A DNA stretch of 64,000 nucleotides from Gemmatales bacterium. GTDB taxonomy: Bacteria > Planctomycetota > Planctomycetia > Gemmatales > HRBIN36. Under the pieces are notes generated by a model. The model was not told where the DNA came from and ran no database searches. It was given only the letters and a program-made list of their open reading frames with translations. Made by a program: the position numbers and the translations under genes. The stretch is from positions 540,342-604,341 of the forward strand of contig JBEPZY010000003.1 of NCBI GenBank assembly GCA_041640595.1, read 5' to 3'. Shown piece after piece: positions 51,123 to 61,742 of this stretch. The number at the start of each line of letters is the position of its first letter. Position 1 is the first letter of the stretch.

Positions 51123-51935
51123 TTACGGAGCTTGCGACAACCAACGGCGGAACTGTTCCTGCGATGCGAATGCCGGGTCGGCTTGCACTGCCGAGCGTGC
51201 ATAGGAAGCGACCAGATCAGCGCGACCGACATGCTCCGCCATGAGGGCCAGGTAATAGTATGCGCGTGCCGGCCCCAAAGCGGCCTGGAGTTGCTGCTCG
51301 GCTTCCGGCCAGCGTTGTGCTCGCGCCAGCGCCAGACCGAGATGGGTGGCAAAGCGTGAGTTGTCCGGCTCTAATTGACAGGCACGTTGCAGACAACGGA
51401 TTTGCTCGTCCCAGCGCTGCTGGCTGCCGTAACACATGGCCAGTTCGTACCAGCCCGCGGCCAGCTTCGGCGATTTCTCAAGCAACTTTTTCAAAGAAGC
51501 GATAGCCTGGTCGGTCTGACCGAGCTTTTTGTAAACGCGGGCCTGACCGAGTTGGGCCACGTGATTGTCGGGCTCCTGTCGCAAAACCTGCCGATAGATT
51601 TGCAATGCCTGCTGATAATGATCGTAACGCTGATTGGGATCGCGGGTGGCATCGCCAGCTGCTTCGTAGCACCGCTGGGCCAGCAGGAGCAACGTTTCCG
51701 TTTTGGGCTGGCGGGGAGTATCGTCGGGCTTATGGAGCACAGTGGCGGGGAGGATTTCCGCGCTGCGCTCCGGTTGCGGCAACTCGCCACGCCAGTTGAC
51801 CGAAGCGTCCGCAGTCCGAACGGGGATCGGCGTGGCCGACATCCCGGGACTATCGAGCCGGGAACTGCTCAGGCAGCCAGTTCCCAGCAGGCACAAACCA
51901 ATTGCGAAAGGCACACCGGCCCACCGTGGGGCCAT
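51123..51935 (-). CDS. TPR lipoprotein (possible TadD/pilotin-like)
   Basis: Lipobox 'LGTGC'; several TPR units; distal end of the Tad cluster. Confidence 0.75.
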   Translation of the reverse strand: MAPRWAGVPFAIGLCLLGTGCLSSSRLDSPGMSATPIPVRTADASVNWRGELPQPERSAEILPATVLHKPDDTPRQPKTETLLLLAQRCYEAAGDATRDPNQRYDHYQQALQIYRQVLRQEPDNHVAQLGQARVYKKLGQTDQAIASLKKLLEKSPKLAAGWYELAMCYGSQQRWDEQIRCLQRACQLEPDNSRFATHLGLALARAQRWPEAEQQLQAALGPARAYYYLALMAEHVGRADLVASYARSAVQADPAFASQEQFRRWLSQAP

Positions 51936-52208
51936 GATTCGTCTTCCTCCCGGTAGCCGTTGGCATCCCGTCAGCTTCGCCGGCCGCGCTCAGCCTCGCC
52001 CGTCAACCATGACGCAAGCCGCAATGCTTACTGCGTCGTGGAACCCGCAGGAAATGGCTGCATGATCCGTTCGCGGGAAGCGTGGACGACGGGCCAACTG
52101 GTTACGTGAAAAGCCAAGTATCGCACACGTATGCGCCATCCTCGTGCAGGTGCCCGACTGGACTGGTAGCTTCGCTTCCCCAAGGGCCGAATGGGCGAGA
52201 ATAGGAGA

Positions 52209-53591
52209 TTAGTTGAACTCGCAAATAAAGGTGGCGGCTGCTTCGGCGATGAGCTCCCTGGTCAGATGCACCGGCTGTTTTCTAAATCGGCAGATCGCCT
52301 GTACGATCTCCAGTAAATCCCGGCAATCCGAGGCTCGTGGACTACGCCCGCGGGAGTAATAATGCTCATATAAGTAATCCACGGCTTCCGGGCAGAAATT
52401 CATCCCCAACCGTTTACATTGCAACTCGAAAATCTTTTCGTAAACCTCCCGCGAAGGAGCATCTATCGCCAGCTTGTGTCGGATTCGCCGCAGAAAAGCA
52501 TCATCCACCAGGTCGCGTGGGTCGAGGTTGGTGGAAAAAATGACCAGTTCCTCGAAGGGAACCTCGAATTTTTGACCACTGGCCAGCGTGAGAAAATCGT
52601 GGCGATCTTCCAGCGGGAGAATCCAGCGGTTCAGTAATTCGCGTGGGCTGACGAGCTGGCGACCGAAATCGTCAATGAGAAAAACACCGCCATTGGCTTT
52701 GACATGCAAGGGAGCCTGGTAATAGTTGCCCTCGGCGTTATAGCGGAGGTCGAGCATTTCCAGAGTGAGTTCTCCCCCGGTGATTACCACCGGTCGGCGC
52801 ACCTTAACCCAACGAGCGTCCAGGACGTTGTGGTTGAGCAATCGCCGCACGGTCGCTTCGGCGTCTTCGGCGCCACGGCTCAAATCGTCATCCACTCGCT
52901 GGTGGATGGTCGGATCGTAAACAGTGATAATGCTGTTTTCCGCGAAGAAAGCGTAGGGTACATAAATCGCACCGCCGGAATGGTTCAGAAAATCACCGAT
53001 GGCGCGGGCGATCGAGGTTTTGCCGTTGCCGGGCGGCCCGTAGATGAACAAAGATTTGCCGCTGACAATGGCCGGACCCAGCGCCTGAAACAACTCCTCC
53101 GGCACCACCAGATGGGAAAAAGCTTCCCGCAATGCTTCCGGCGTGCAGCGAATGCCCGTGACGGCCTGACGATAGGTCTGTTCGACATAATCGAGCAAAG
53201 GCACCGGAGCCGGGCCTACGTAGCTGCATAATTTCATGGCGTCCCGTGCCCGTTCCCGGCCCATATCCGTCAACGAGAAGCGGTAGGAAACCTCGCCAAT
53301 GAGATCGCCAGCTGTTACCTCGATGCACTTCTCCTTCTTCAAAAAAGCCAGCACTTCCTCCAGACAGCGGAAGGGCAAGCACAGAAAGCGTGCCAGTTCC
53401 AGACCGAGCATGCTGCCCCGTGTCAGCAGGGTGCGCAACACCAGATCGGCCAGAAACGCCAGAGGCAACCCCGTTTCCTCCAGGTTTCGCGGTGCACTGG
53501 GCGCTTCCGGCAGGTCGGAATTCTCCCATTCCAGTAACACACTCCGCGAAGAGGAAATCGGCAGTACCGAGGTCTGATTCAGGCCATGCAT
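52209..53591 (-). CDS. P-loop AAA-type ATPase associated with the Tad cluster
   Basis: Walker A GPPGNGKTS, Walker B FLIDDFG, 'FSTNL..DLVDDAFLRRI'. Confidence 0.85.
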   Translation of the reverse strand: MHGLNQTSVLPISSSRSVLLEWENSDLPEAPSAPRNLEETGLPLAFLADLVLRTLLTRGSMLGLELARFLCLPFRCLEEVLAFLKKEKCIEVTAGDLIGEVSYRFSLTDMGRERARDAMKLCSYVGPAPVPLLDYVEQTYRQAVTGIRCTPEALREAFSHLVVPEELFQALGPAIVSGKSLFIYGPPGNGKTSIARAIGDFLNHSGGAIYVPYAFFAENSIITVYDPTIHQRVDDDLSRGAEDAEATVRRLLNHNVLDARWVKVRRPVVITGGELTLEMLDLRYNAEGNYYQAPLHVKANGGVFLIDDFGRQLVSPRELLNRWILPLEDRHDFLTLASGQKFEVPFEELVIFSTNLDPRDLVDDAFLRRIRHKLAIDAPSREVYEKIFELQCKRLGMNFCPEAVDYLYEHYYSRGRSPRASDCRDLLEIVQAICRFRKQPVHLTRELIAEAAATFICEFN

Positions 53592-53732
53592 GGCAGCTTA
53601 GCTCCTGGTGCGTTGTTGAGGGTCATCCTCTGTCGCTGAGGGAAGCCTTGCTCGTGTCGGTAGCCATCCCCGTCAGGAAAGCCCAGTCCATTTCGGCTCT
53701 TGCCTGTGAACGGGAATGGCGCGAGCAGGTTC

Positions 53733-53888
53733 TTACTTTTTGACCAGTACCCAGAGGGCGAGCAGGACGGCGATGGCACTTACCAGCACCAGCCGCTGCT
53801 GACTATGCAGCGCGTCCAGCGTCAATTGCCATTGCTCGTTGAGCCAGTTCGTCCACGAAGCCAGTAGAGCAGCGGTGTATCCTGCCAT
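53733..53888 (-). CDS. Small 51-aa membrane protein (below the ORF-track cutoff)
   Basis: MAGYTAALLASWTNWLNEQWQLTLDALHSQQRLVLVSAIAVLLALWVLVKK; GGGAG RBS; single C-terminal TM. Confidence 0.6.
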   Translation of the reverse strand: MAGYTAALLASWTNWLNEQWQLTLDALHSQQRLVLVSAIAVLLALWVLVKK

Positions 53889-54042
53889 CGGAGTGGACTC
53901 CCTAAGTGCCGGTTGGCATTCATCCCTGGGCCATCGGCAGTGGATCGCATGAAGTCAGACGCGGATGGCCGGGGTGGACGTCGGGCTAGCCTGTCCGCGT
54001 GAGCGAGACGCCAGCCGCCAGAAAAATCGCGGGCCGACAGCC

Positions 54043-54681
54043 TCAGCGCGAGCTGCTACCGCCCGCTGTGCTGGTGGAAGTAGTGGTCGTGGCAGTGCCT
54101 GCACCGCCGGCACCGGTACCGCTCCCGGTGAAGCTGGTAAAGACGGCCTGCCCGGTGGCACCGCGATGCATCGAGCGGACAATCTGCTCGGCTTCCCGAC
54201 CATGCGTGCGAACCTCAGGCGGATCGTGGACAGCCACCTGAAATGCCACCTCCGGCCGAATCGTTCGCAGATAGGCCTGCACTGCCTCGACTCGTTTGCG
54301 ATCGAGTTCGGCACGCTGGCTGGCCCATTCTTGTTCCTTGCCTCGTTGCAGTGGCAGATCGTGAGCGGTTTGCACGAAGACATACGGGACAGGTTCCGGT
54401 TGCCGGCGTGCGAGTCGGCTCAGGTGAGCCATGCCCGCGGGAGTTAATTCATCGGAGCCGGCCCGAAAATGGCTGACCCAGACCGTTTGTTCCAGGGCTA
54501 GTCCATTGCCGGCTTGCCGCAAAAGCGGGGCAGCTACTTCCTGTCGGGCCAGGGCGCTGTAGCGCGGTAATCGGCATGGGTCGGCCAGATCGTTGAAGCA
54601 GTGGTAGCCGCAGTTCACGCAGCCAACCTGGGGCGTGATCAGTGCGGCCAGGCCAAGTCCGAGCCATTCGCGTTTGCCCAT
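54043..54681 (-). CDS. Hypothetical lipoprotein in the Tad cluster
   Basis: AAGGAGG RBS; 'PQVGC' lipobox-like; OmpA/CpaD-like 'HFRAGSDELTPAG..HL' segment. Confidence 0.65.
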   Translation of the reverse strand: MGKREWLGLGLAALITPQVGCVNCGYHCFNDLADPCRLPRYSALARQEVAAPLLRQAGNGLALEQTVWVSHFRAGSDELTPAGMAHLSRLARRQPEPVPYVFVQTAHDLPLQRGKEQEWASQRAELDRKRVEAVQAYLRTIRPEVAFQVAVHDPPEVRTHGREAEQIVRSMHRGATGQAVFTSFTGSGTGAGGAGTATTTTSTSTAGGSSSR

Positions 54682-54778
54682 GTGCGACCTCCTTTTCGCC
54701 GGGTTGGGCACAGTGAAAATTTCGCCGGCCATGCATTCTTTTGTTTCGTCGCTAGCCGGGCCAGTTCGGGTATGCCAG

Positions 54779-55747
54779 TTATTTGAGCATGATGTTGTAA
54801 ATCTGAATCGCCGCCGGTCCCACCAGCACCACGAATACTCCCGGAAAGATGAACAGCACCAGCGGGAAAATGAGCTTCACCGCAGTTTTCTGGGCGCGTT
54901 CTTCGGCCAGCTGGCGTCGGCGGACTCGCATAGCGTCGGATTGAACGCGGAGAGCCTGAGCGACGCTGGAGCCGAATCGTTCGGCCTGAATGAGAATGGC
55001 CGCCAGGCTTCGCACGTCATCCACGCCAGTGCGGACACCGAGATCGTGCAGAACATCGCGGCGAGGTCGGCCCACCTGCATCTGGAAATTGCACACGGCC
55101 AGTTCCTCGCAAATCGCAGGCGCCACCGGTTTCATTTCCTCGACAACTCGCCGCATGGCTGCATCCAGACCCAATCCGCTTTCCACACACACCACCAGCA
55201 AATCGAGAACATCGGGCAGCGTCAGGAAAATCTGTTCTTGGCGTTTTTTCACCAGCCACCACAATACCACATCGGGCAGGAATAATCCGACTCCCGCGAA
55301 GATCGCCGCCCATTTAACAACGTCGAGTCCCAATCCGGTGGCCGGCATAAAAATCACCGTCCCCAGCACTCCACCCAGCAGTAACGACAGAAACTTCAAA
55401 CCGATAAAAATGGGAACAGCGCTCTCCTGTCGGAAGCCGGCGTTTGCGAGTTTGAGACGCAGCTTGTTTTGTTCCAGCTCGGATTTGGGCATTAACGGTT
55501 TGGAGAACGCCGCCGCTTTTTCCAGCAATTCCTTGACGCGGAGATTCGGCGTGGAAGTTTTGGAGGAGGGATCCGGTAACTGAATTTCCGCCTGACTGGC
55601 GGCACGACTGAGGCGTGCGAGTCGGTCTTCGACGCGCGATTCGCTACGGCGAGCCAACCACGATAACAGCAGCCACACCGCACACGCCGTGCCAGCAAAC
55701 GCCAGCACCGTCAGCAAATCCTGCGGGTTCACCAGTTCGTTGAGCAT
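54779..55747 (-). CDS. tadC: Tad pilus inner-membrane platform protein TadC
   Basis: LPDVLDLLVVCVESGLGLDAA, LIQAERFGSSV, AEERAQKTAVKLIFPLV. Confidence 0.92.
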   Translation of the reverse strand: MLNELVNPQDLLTVLAFAGTACAVWLLLSWLARRSESRVEDRLARLSRAASQAEIQLPDPSSKTSTPNLRVKELLEKAAAFSKPLMPKSELEQNKLRLKLANAGFRQESAVPIFIGLKFLSLLLGGVLGTVIFMPATGLGLDVVKWAAIFAGVGLFLPDVVLWWLVKKRQEQIFLTLPDVLDLLVVCVESGLGLDAAMRRVVEEMKPVAPAICEELAVCNFQMQVGRPRRDVLHDLGVRTGVDDVRSLAAILIQAERFGSSVAQALRVQSDAMRVRRRQLAEERAQKTAVKLIFPLVLFIFPGVFVVLVGPAAIQIYNIMLK

Positions 55748-55754
55748 GGCCGCT

Positions 55755-56726
55755 TCACACCTTGATGTTCACGATCTTGCGGATCACCAGCGCCCCAAAT
55801 ATCTGCATCAACAATCCGAACAGGCTCATTTTGATCCCCATTTCCGTTTTCCAGAGCATGGAGATGTAGTCCGGATTCAGATACAGCATGACCAGGAACA
55901 GAACGAACGGCAGAGCGATAAGCACGACGCCACTGAGTCGGCCTTCGCCGGTCAGTGCCTTGACCTGGTTCTGAATGCGATAACGTTCGCGGATGAGGGA
56001 ACTGATTTTGTCGAGGATTTCCGCCAGGTCACCGCCGGTTTGACGCTGAATGACCACGGCGGTGGCGAAAAAGCGCAAATCGAGATTGGGCACGCGGTCG
56101 CATAGGGATTTCAGCGCATCCTCGATGGCAACACCGAGGTTCTGTTCCTCATACACCCGTCCGAATTCGGTGCCGAGAGGCGGCGGCAATTCCTGCGCGA
56201 CCAGGTGAAAACCAGAGGCCAAACTGTGTCCGGCTCGCAACGCCCGAGCGATAAGTTCCAGGGCATCGGGCAGCTGAGCGGCAAATTTTTTCAGGCGCGT
56301 ACGGCGTTTGTTCCATAGCCACAACCATGGTACAGCGAACAATCCCAGACCGACCGCCAGGGACAAAAACAGCGGTGTCCCGACCACGGTCAGGAGCACG
56401 CTACTGCCCAGCCCCAGAGCTACCGCAATACCGAGTAATCGCGCCGGTGGAATGCCACAATCTGCCTGCAGGAAAAGCTTTTCCACACGCGGCATCGCCT
56501 GAATCAGCCGCGTCCACAGGGATTTCTTGTCTTCTTCAAACGGAATTTTCCGCCAGATTTCGATCGGCTCGGAAACCGAGGGTGTGCTGTGTACCGTTTT
56601 GGTCGAGGCGAAGACGGACAGGCGATCTTCTACGGAAGCATTCGGGTTGCGCACCAGATACGCCAGCAGCACGATGGTGCTGCTCACCAGAATAAAAGCA
56701 AGAAAACTGGCCAGCATGGCGTCCAT
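55755..56726 (-). CDS. tadB: Tad pilus inner-membrane platform protein TadB
   Basis: QLPDALELIARALRAGH, IQRQTGGDLAEIL, ALTGEGRLS. Confidence 0.93.
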   Translation of the reverse strand: MDAMLASFLAFILVSSTIVLLAYLVRNPNASVEDRLSVFASTKTVHSTPSVSEPIEIWRKIPFEEDKKSLWTRLIQAMPRVEKLFLQADCGIPPARLLGIAVALGLGSSVLLTVVGTPLFLSLAVGLGLFAVPWLWLWNKRRTRLKKFAAQLPDALELIARALRAGHSLASGFHLVAQELPPPLGTEFGRVYEEQNLGVAIEDALKSLCDRVPNLDLRFFATAVVIQRQTGGDLAEILDKISSLIRERYRIQNQVKALTGEGRLSGVVLIALPFVLFLVMLYLNPDYISMLWKTEMGIKMSLFGLLMQIFGALVIRKIVNIKV

Positions 56727-56817
56727 TGTTCGCGTCGCTCGTGTTTGCAGATTCCGGGTTGCTCAGCTCAGGAGCCAGGCCTGCGGATGCCTGGCTTTGC
56801 CACAGTCACCAGGCGTT

Positions 56818-58182
56818 TCAGTCGCGTAGCAGGACTCGCTCCTGGAAGAGATTGGCCGGCAATCGGATACCCGCGGCTTCCAGCCGATGCATGAAAGTGG
56901 GGCGCACTCCCGTCGCTTCAAATTGACCGAAAGCCCGGCCGTTCTGGTCAATCCCCAGCTGACGGTAGCGGAAAATGTCCTGCATGATGATGATGTCCTG
57001 TTCCATGCCCACCACTTCGGTGATTGAAGTAACTTTGCGCGGGCCTCCTTGCAGACGGTTGGCCTGAATGATCAAATCCACCGCTGAAGCGATCTGCTGT
57101 CGCATCGCTTTAACGGGTAACTCAAAGCCAGCCATCATGATCATGGTTTCCAGTCGTGCCTGGGCATCGCGCGGACTGTTGGCATGGAGCGTGGTGAGTG
57201 AACCTTCGTGGCCGGTGTTCATGGCTTGCAGCATGTCGAGCGCTTCCGGACCACGGCACTCGCCGATGATGATGCGATCAGGGCGCATGCGCAGAGCGTT
57301 GCGGACCAGGTCGCGCGTGGTCACCTCGCCTTTGCCTTCGATGTTGGGCGGTCGTGTCTCCAGACGGACGACGTGCTCCTGTTGCAATTGCAATTCCGCA
57401 GCGTCCTCGATGGTGATGATGCGTTCCTCGGCGGGGATGAAACTGGAGAGCGTGTTCAGCAAAGTCGTTTTACCGCAGCCGGTACCACCGCTGATGATGA
57501 TGTTGAGCCGGGCCTTGATCGCCGCTTCCATGAGCATGGCCATTTCCGGCGTGAAAGCTTTGAGATTGAGCAGGTCTTCGAGTTTGAGCGGATTGGAACC
57601 GAATCGGCGAATGCTCAGGCAAGGCCCATCGAGAGCCAGAGGCGGAATGATGGCGTTGATGCGGGAACCATCGGGCAAACGAGCGTCCACCATCGGCGAG
57701 GTTTCATCAATCCGCCGACCGACTTTCGACACCATGCGGTCAATGATCTGCATCAGGTGCTTGTTATCCCGGAATTTGACATCGGTTTTCTCCAGTTTTC
57801 CTCGCCGCTCCACGTACACCTTGTACGGGCCGTTGACGAGAATATCGCTGACGGTCGGGTCTTTCAGGAGCACTTCGAGCGGGCCGAAACCGAACGTTTC
57901 GTCCAGCACCTCGTCAATGAGGCGTTCCCGTTCCATGCGGTTCAGGAGCGGGTTTTCCGTGTCGCAGAGGCGTTCGACAACGAGACGGATTTCCCGCCGC
58001 AACACATCGCCGGCCAGGTCGGAAACCCGCGACAGGTCGAGCTTCTCGACCAGCTTGCTGTGAATGAGTCGCTTCAGTTCTTCGAAACTTTTCTGCGCAT
58101 CCCGCGGATTGGCCGCAGGCGTGGTCACGGGTCGGCTCGGCGTTTGTGTCGCCGGAGTATTACCGCGAATCAGTGGGGGCAT
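56818..58182 (-). CDS. cpaF: Tad pilus assembly ATPase CpaF/TadA
   Basis: [41 protein letters not shown]. Confidence 0.96.
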   Translation of the reverse strand: MPPLIRGNTPATQTPSRPVTTPAANPRDAQKSFEELKRLIHSKLVEKLDLSRVSDLAGDVLRREIRLVVERLCDTENPLLNRMERERLIDEVLDETFGFGPLEVLLKDPTVSDILVNGPYKVYVERRGKLEKTDVKFRDNKHLMQIIDRMVSKVGRRIDETSPMVDARLPDGSRINAIIPPLALDGPCLSIRRFGSNPLKLEDLLNLKAFTPEMAMLMEAAIKARLNIIISGGTGCGKTTLLNTLSSFIPAEERIITIEDAAELQLQQEHVVRLETRPPNIEGKGEVTTRDLVRNALRMRPDRIIIGECRGPEALDMLQAMNTGHEGSLTTLHANSPRDAQARLETMIMMAGFELPVKAMRQQIASAVDLIIQANRLQGGPRKVTSITEVVGMEQDIIIMQDIFRYRQLGIDQNGRAFGQFEATGVRPTFMHRLEAAGIRLPANLFQERVLLRD

Positions 58183-58500
58183 GGGTGCTTGCTCCTGCGT
58201 TGGCTGGGGAGATCGGCTCGAACGGTGAATAGGATTGACGGCCAGGTTATCGCCCTGCCGCGCTTAGGCGGTAAAGGTTTCCCGTCTGGTGCTGGTTCCT
58301 GCTCCTGGCGGCTGGGAACTTGTCCGCTGCGATTCCTTGAAAAAGTGAGGGATCACCCTTCCGTCGCAGGACAGCTGAGCAGGGGCACATGGCGAAAGCT
58401 TCCAGGCGAGGTATGCCGAATCGCTCACGGGCAAGCCCACTGCTTCAGCGTTTCCGCCTTCCCTGGTCGAACCATCTCCGCGGTATCCCAACCGCTGCGG

Positions 58501-59712
58501 TCAGGAGAAGAGGGAGAATCCTTTGCGTGCTTTCTTGACGGTGGCAGCTTCCGGAGAGACCGGTTCGCCGCACAAAGCGCGTGCCAGGTCCTGAATGCTT
58601 TGCCAGACTTTGGAACGCGGTGCCTGCTGCAATAGAGGCACACCGAGATTGCGGGAGGCCAGCATCGCCTTCGCGTCGTTGGGAATCTGCCAGAAGATGG
58701 GGCGGCCCAGAGTTTCCTCGGCTTTTTTCACCGTGATTTCCTGATGATCGGCACCCACGCGGTTGAGGATCACCTGCACCCGCTGGTCCAGCCCATCCAG
58801 ACTTTGCAGGGACATCAGCAGCCGCACCGCGTTCCGCAAAGCTGTCAGTTCCAGTTGCGTGATCAGCAGGATGACATCGGCCTGACGCAGGGCAGCTAGG
58901 TCGGTCTGGCGGTATCCTTTGCTGAGGTCGCAAATCACATGAGTGAACGCCGCCCGCAAAAGGCCGAGCACACGATTGATTTGTTCTTCCTGGATCGCCG
59001 CCGCGTCTTCGAGTTGCACCGGATGCGGTAATAACGACAAACCAGTGCTATGCCGGATCAACGATCGCCTGAGCAAAGTCATGTCCAGTCGTTCCACGCT
59101 CAAGGCGATATCTGCCAGCGTGTAGCTGGGAATCAGGTCGAGGGTAACGTCGGCGTCGCCCAGGGCGAGATCCAGGTCCACGAAGACCACGTTGTGCTGC
59201 GGATTCTGGGCCAGCGCCACACCGAGATTGATGCCGATGCTGGTACAACCGATACCCCCCCGCGAGCCGATGAGCGCGATCACCCGCGAACTCGAAGCGT
59301 GGGACACTCCGTTGTTTTCCGCAGGAAGCAGCTGCTGCCTTACTCGTTGCAACGCCGCTACCAGTTCATCCATCGCCACGGGCAGGGTAAGAAATTCTCT
59401 GGCACCGCTGCGGAGGGTCTGAAGGATGAACGGCCCATCGGTGCGTGAACTGGCGGCGAGAATCCCCAGTTGTGGAAATTCCTGAGCCAGTTGCTGAATC
59501 AGAGACAGGGCCACCTGGGGATTGCTATCCATAGCCACCAGAGCGATGTCCGGCTGGGATTGCCGAACTACATCTGCAAAAAACTCGTAGCGGGCGCACT
59601 CCGCTTCCAGCCAGACCGTGTCCAGCCCCAGCAGGCTATCCCGCAAGGCATCGCGGGTTTGGTCGCAGGGATCTACTAGCGCCAGGCGGACCCAATCAGT
59701 TGGCGTATTCAT
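58501..59712 (-). CDS. cpaE: Tad pilus localisation protein CpaE/TadZ (REC-like plus MinD-like)
   Basis: Degenerate REC, 'GSRGGIGCTS', 'VDLDL..GD', 'IPND'. Confidence 0.88.
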   Translation of the reverse strand: MNTPTDWVRLALVDPCDQTRDALRDSLLGLDTVWLEAECARYEFFADVVRQSQPDIALVAMDSNPQVALSLIQQLAQEFPQLGILAASSRTDGPFILQTLRSGAREFLTLPVAMDELVAALQRVRQQLLPAENNGVSHASSSRVIALIGSRGGIGCTSIGINLGVALAQNPQHNVVFVDLDLALGDADVTLDLIPSYTLADIALSVERLDMTLLRRSLIRHSTGLSLLPHPVQLEDAAAIQEEQINRVLGLLRAAFTHVICDLSKGYRQTDLAALRQADVILLITQLELTALRNAVRLLMSLQSLDGLDQRVQVILNRVGADHQEITVKKAEETLGRPIFWQIPNDAKAMLASRNLGVPLLQQAPRSKVWQSIQDLARALCGEPVSPEAATVKKARKGFSLFS

Positions 59713-59765
59713 GTCTGTGCACCGTTGGCCATCGCGCAAGCGCGTGGGCAAGTGACACGGAGCTG

Positions 59766-61613
59766 TCAATCTTCGCGCAAAGGACGATAAAGTGGCCGGG
59801 GAGTTGGTCGGCCAAGAGTAGCTCGCGGCGGTCCCGTAACGGTTGGCTCGACCACTACCGTCTCCGCTACCGCCGGCGGTGGAGACGACTGTTCGCGTGG
59901 TTCCTGTTCCGTTCCGGTTGCGGTCATGGTTGGGAATGAGCTCACTGATGGCTCGACCGGCCGGGTATCCGTTTGAGGAGGCTTGTTCACCGGCGGTGGA
60001 CTTTCCGGTAGCTGCTGCACCGCCGGTGCTTGCGATCCCTTCATTCGCGGCTGTCCCGGAGAGGTTTTCAAAGGCAGCGTGCCGGTCGGGCGATTCTTCT
60101 CGCTGCTCATGGGTTGCGGCGGAGGCAAGACAGACTCGGCAGGAGAGCTCATCTCGGCCTCGGCCAGCCCGGGAGTAAAATGCCAGTGGGCTGGACGATA
60201 GCAGCCATCTGGCTTGAGCGACCGCGGTCCCGGCGGCGCTTCGAGGATGCCTTCCAAGAATAGCTCAAAATCCGTAGGTCGGCGTGTTTCCTGACCAGGA
60301 AAACAAGTTGGCCTTTGGTGCGGCCACAATCCATCTACCAGCCGCGGCGTGACCAGAATGATCAGCTCCTGCTCGCGTTCCTCGTACTGCACCCGACGGA
60401 AAGCCGTTCCGACAAACGGCAAGTCGCCGAGCACCGGGACCTTGTTCGTCGCCGCATCCACTTCCGACTGGATCAGTCCGCCGAGCACCAGACTCTGGCC
60501 GCTTTCCAAATCTACCGCAGCTTCCGCCTCCTGTGTCAGGAAACGAGGCACAACCGTACCCGAAATCAGAACCGGCTGGCTGAAATCGAGTCGGCTGACT
60601 TCCGCACGCACTTGGATGCGAATCCGCCCGTCGCCCAGCACTACCGGCAAGAATTGCACAATGGTACCAAATCGGCGAAACTCGACCCCTGGTGCCTGGC
60701 CAAGCGCGGCTGGCGTCGGATAAGGTTGTTCCCCGCCCACGGTGATACGGGCCGGACGACCACTCCGCGCCACGATCACCGGACTGGACAAAATTTTCGC
60801 CAGACCCTCGCGCCGTAACGCTTCCACAAAGCCCAGAAATGCCGAACTGGCATCGGTAACGCCGTACAGGAAATTCGTCGCTGCGTCGAAGATCGGCCGA
60901 TCGGTAGCGAACGTGCTGACACCACCTCGCAGGTTGATCGTCTGCGGATTGATCAGCGAGCCAATCGTGCTACCGAAATAGTCAGCGCGGTCCGACCAGA
61001 GGAAGTTGAACCCGAATCGGCGCAGTTCCGTGCGGTCCACCTTCGCCACGATCACTTCCAGTTGCACCTGGTTGGGACCGGTGATCCGCAGGTTGTTGGC
61101 TACCCGACCCGTGCCGGCATAACCCTCGAGGAAACGCATGAGCGGCTCAATGTCTTCTGCCGATTCCACGGTGCCGCCTACGATCAGGGTTCGATCGGGT
61201 CCCTGCGTGATTTCCAGATTGGCACGGGGGAACTGTTTGGCGACAGCACTGCGGATGAACTGCAAATCCGGTTCGACGGCCACCACTAGTGTGGTTACCT
61301 GGTCTTTTTCATCGGTAAGCGTGATGCGTGTACTGCCTACGCCTATGCCAACCACCTGCAAAACATGCGGTTTATTCTGCACGGGCCGCAGTTCCACGAT
61401 ACCGTCGCGGGAAGTGGCCGCCTCTTTGATTCGTAAGCCACTCCGTGCCCAAATGTAGATGGTCTCCCCGATAGTGAGCGTCTCGTCAGGGCCGCTTCCC
61501 CGAGCGGCAGGTGTGGCTGGAGGTTGAGCGGTAGCCAAAGCGGTCACCATCAGGGCCGCCAGTCCCGCCACCGCCACCATGCCGACATGTTTCCTGAACA
61601 ACTTCGGGCGCAT
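59766..61613 (-). CDS. cpaC: Tad pilus secretin CpaC/RcpA
   Basis: 'QVQLEVIVAKVDRT', 'VGGEQPYP', 'GQSLVLGGL', 'KVPVLGDLPFVG..F','ELIILVTP'. Confidence 0.92.
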   Translation of the reverse strand: MRPKLFRKHVGMVAVAGLAALMVTALATAQPPATPAARGSGPDETLTIGETIYIWARSGLRIKEAATSRDGIVELRPVQNKPHVLQVVGIGVGSTRITLTDEKDQVTTLVVAVEPDLQFIRSAVAKQFPRANLEITQGPDRTLIVGGTVESAEDIEPLMRFLEGYAGTGRVANNLRITGPNQVQLEVIVAKVDRTELRRFGFNFLWSDRADYFGSTIGSLINPQTINLRGGVSTFATDRPIFDAATNFLYGVTDASSAFLGFVEALRREGLAKILSSPVIVARSGRPARITVGGEQPYPTPAALGQAPGVEFRRFGTIVQFLPVVLGDGRIRIQVRAEVSRLDFSQPVLISGTVVPRFLTQEAEAAVDLESGQSLVLGGLIQSEVDAATNKVPVLGDLPFVGTAFRRVQYEEREQELIILVTPRLVDGLWPHQRPTCFPGQETRRPTDFELFLEGILEAPPGPRSLKPDGCYRPAHWHFTPGLAEAEMSSPAESVLPPPQPMSSEKNRPTGTLPLKTSPGQPRMKGSQAPAVQQLPESPPPVNKPPQTDTRPVEPSVSSFPTMTATGTEQEPREQSSPPPAVAETVVVEPTVTGPPRATLGRPTPRPLYRPLRED

Positions 61614-61742
61614 CCATTCACCTCGCTTGTTGACAAGGAATTGCGGCGTAAATCGGGGCCACCAGAGCCAGCATGCGGCCGCGGGCAATGGTTACGGCAC
61701 CGGTGCGCATGGGCTTTTGATCCGGCGCTGACCCAGGCCAGC

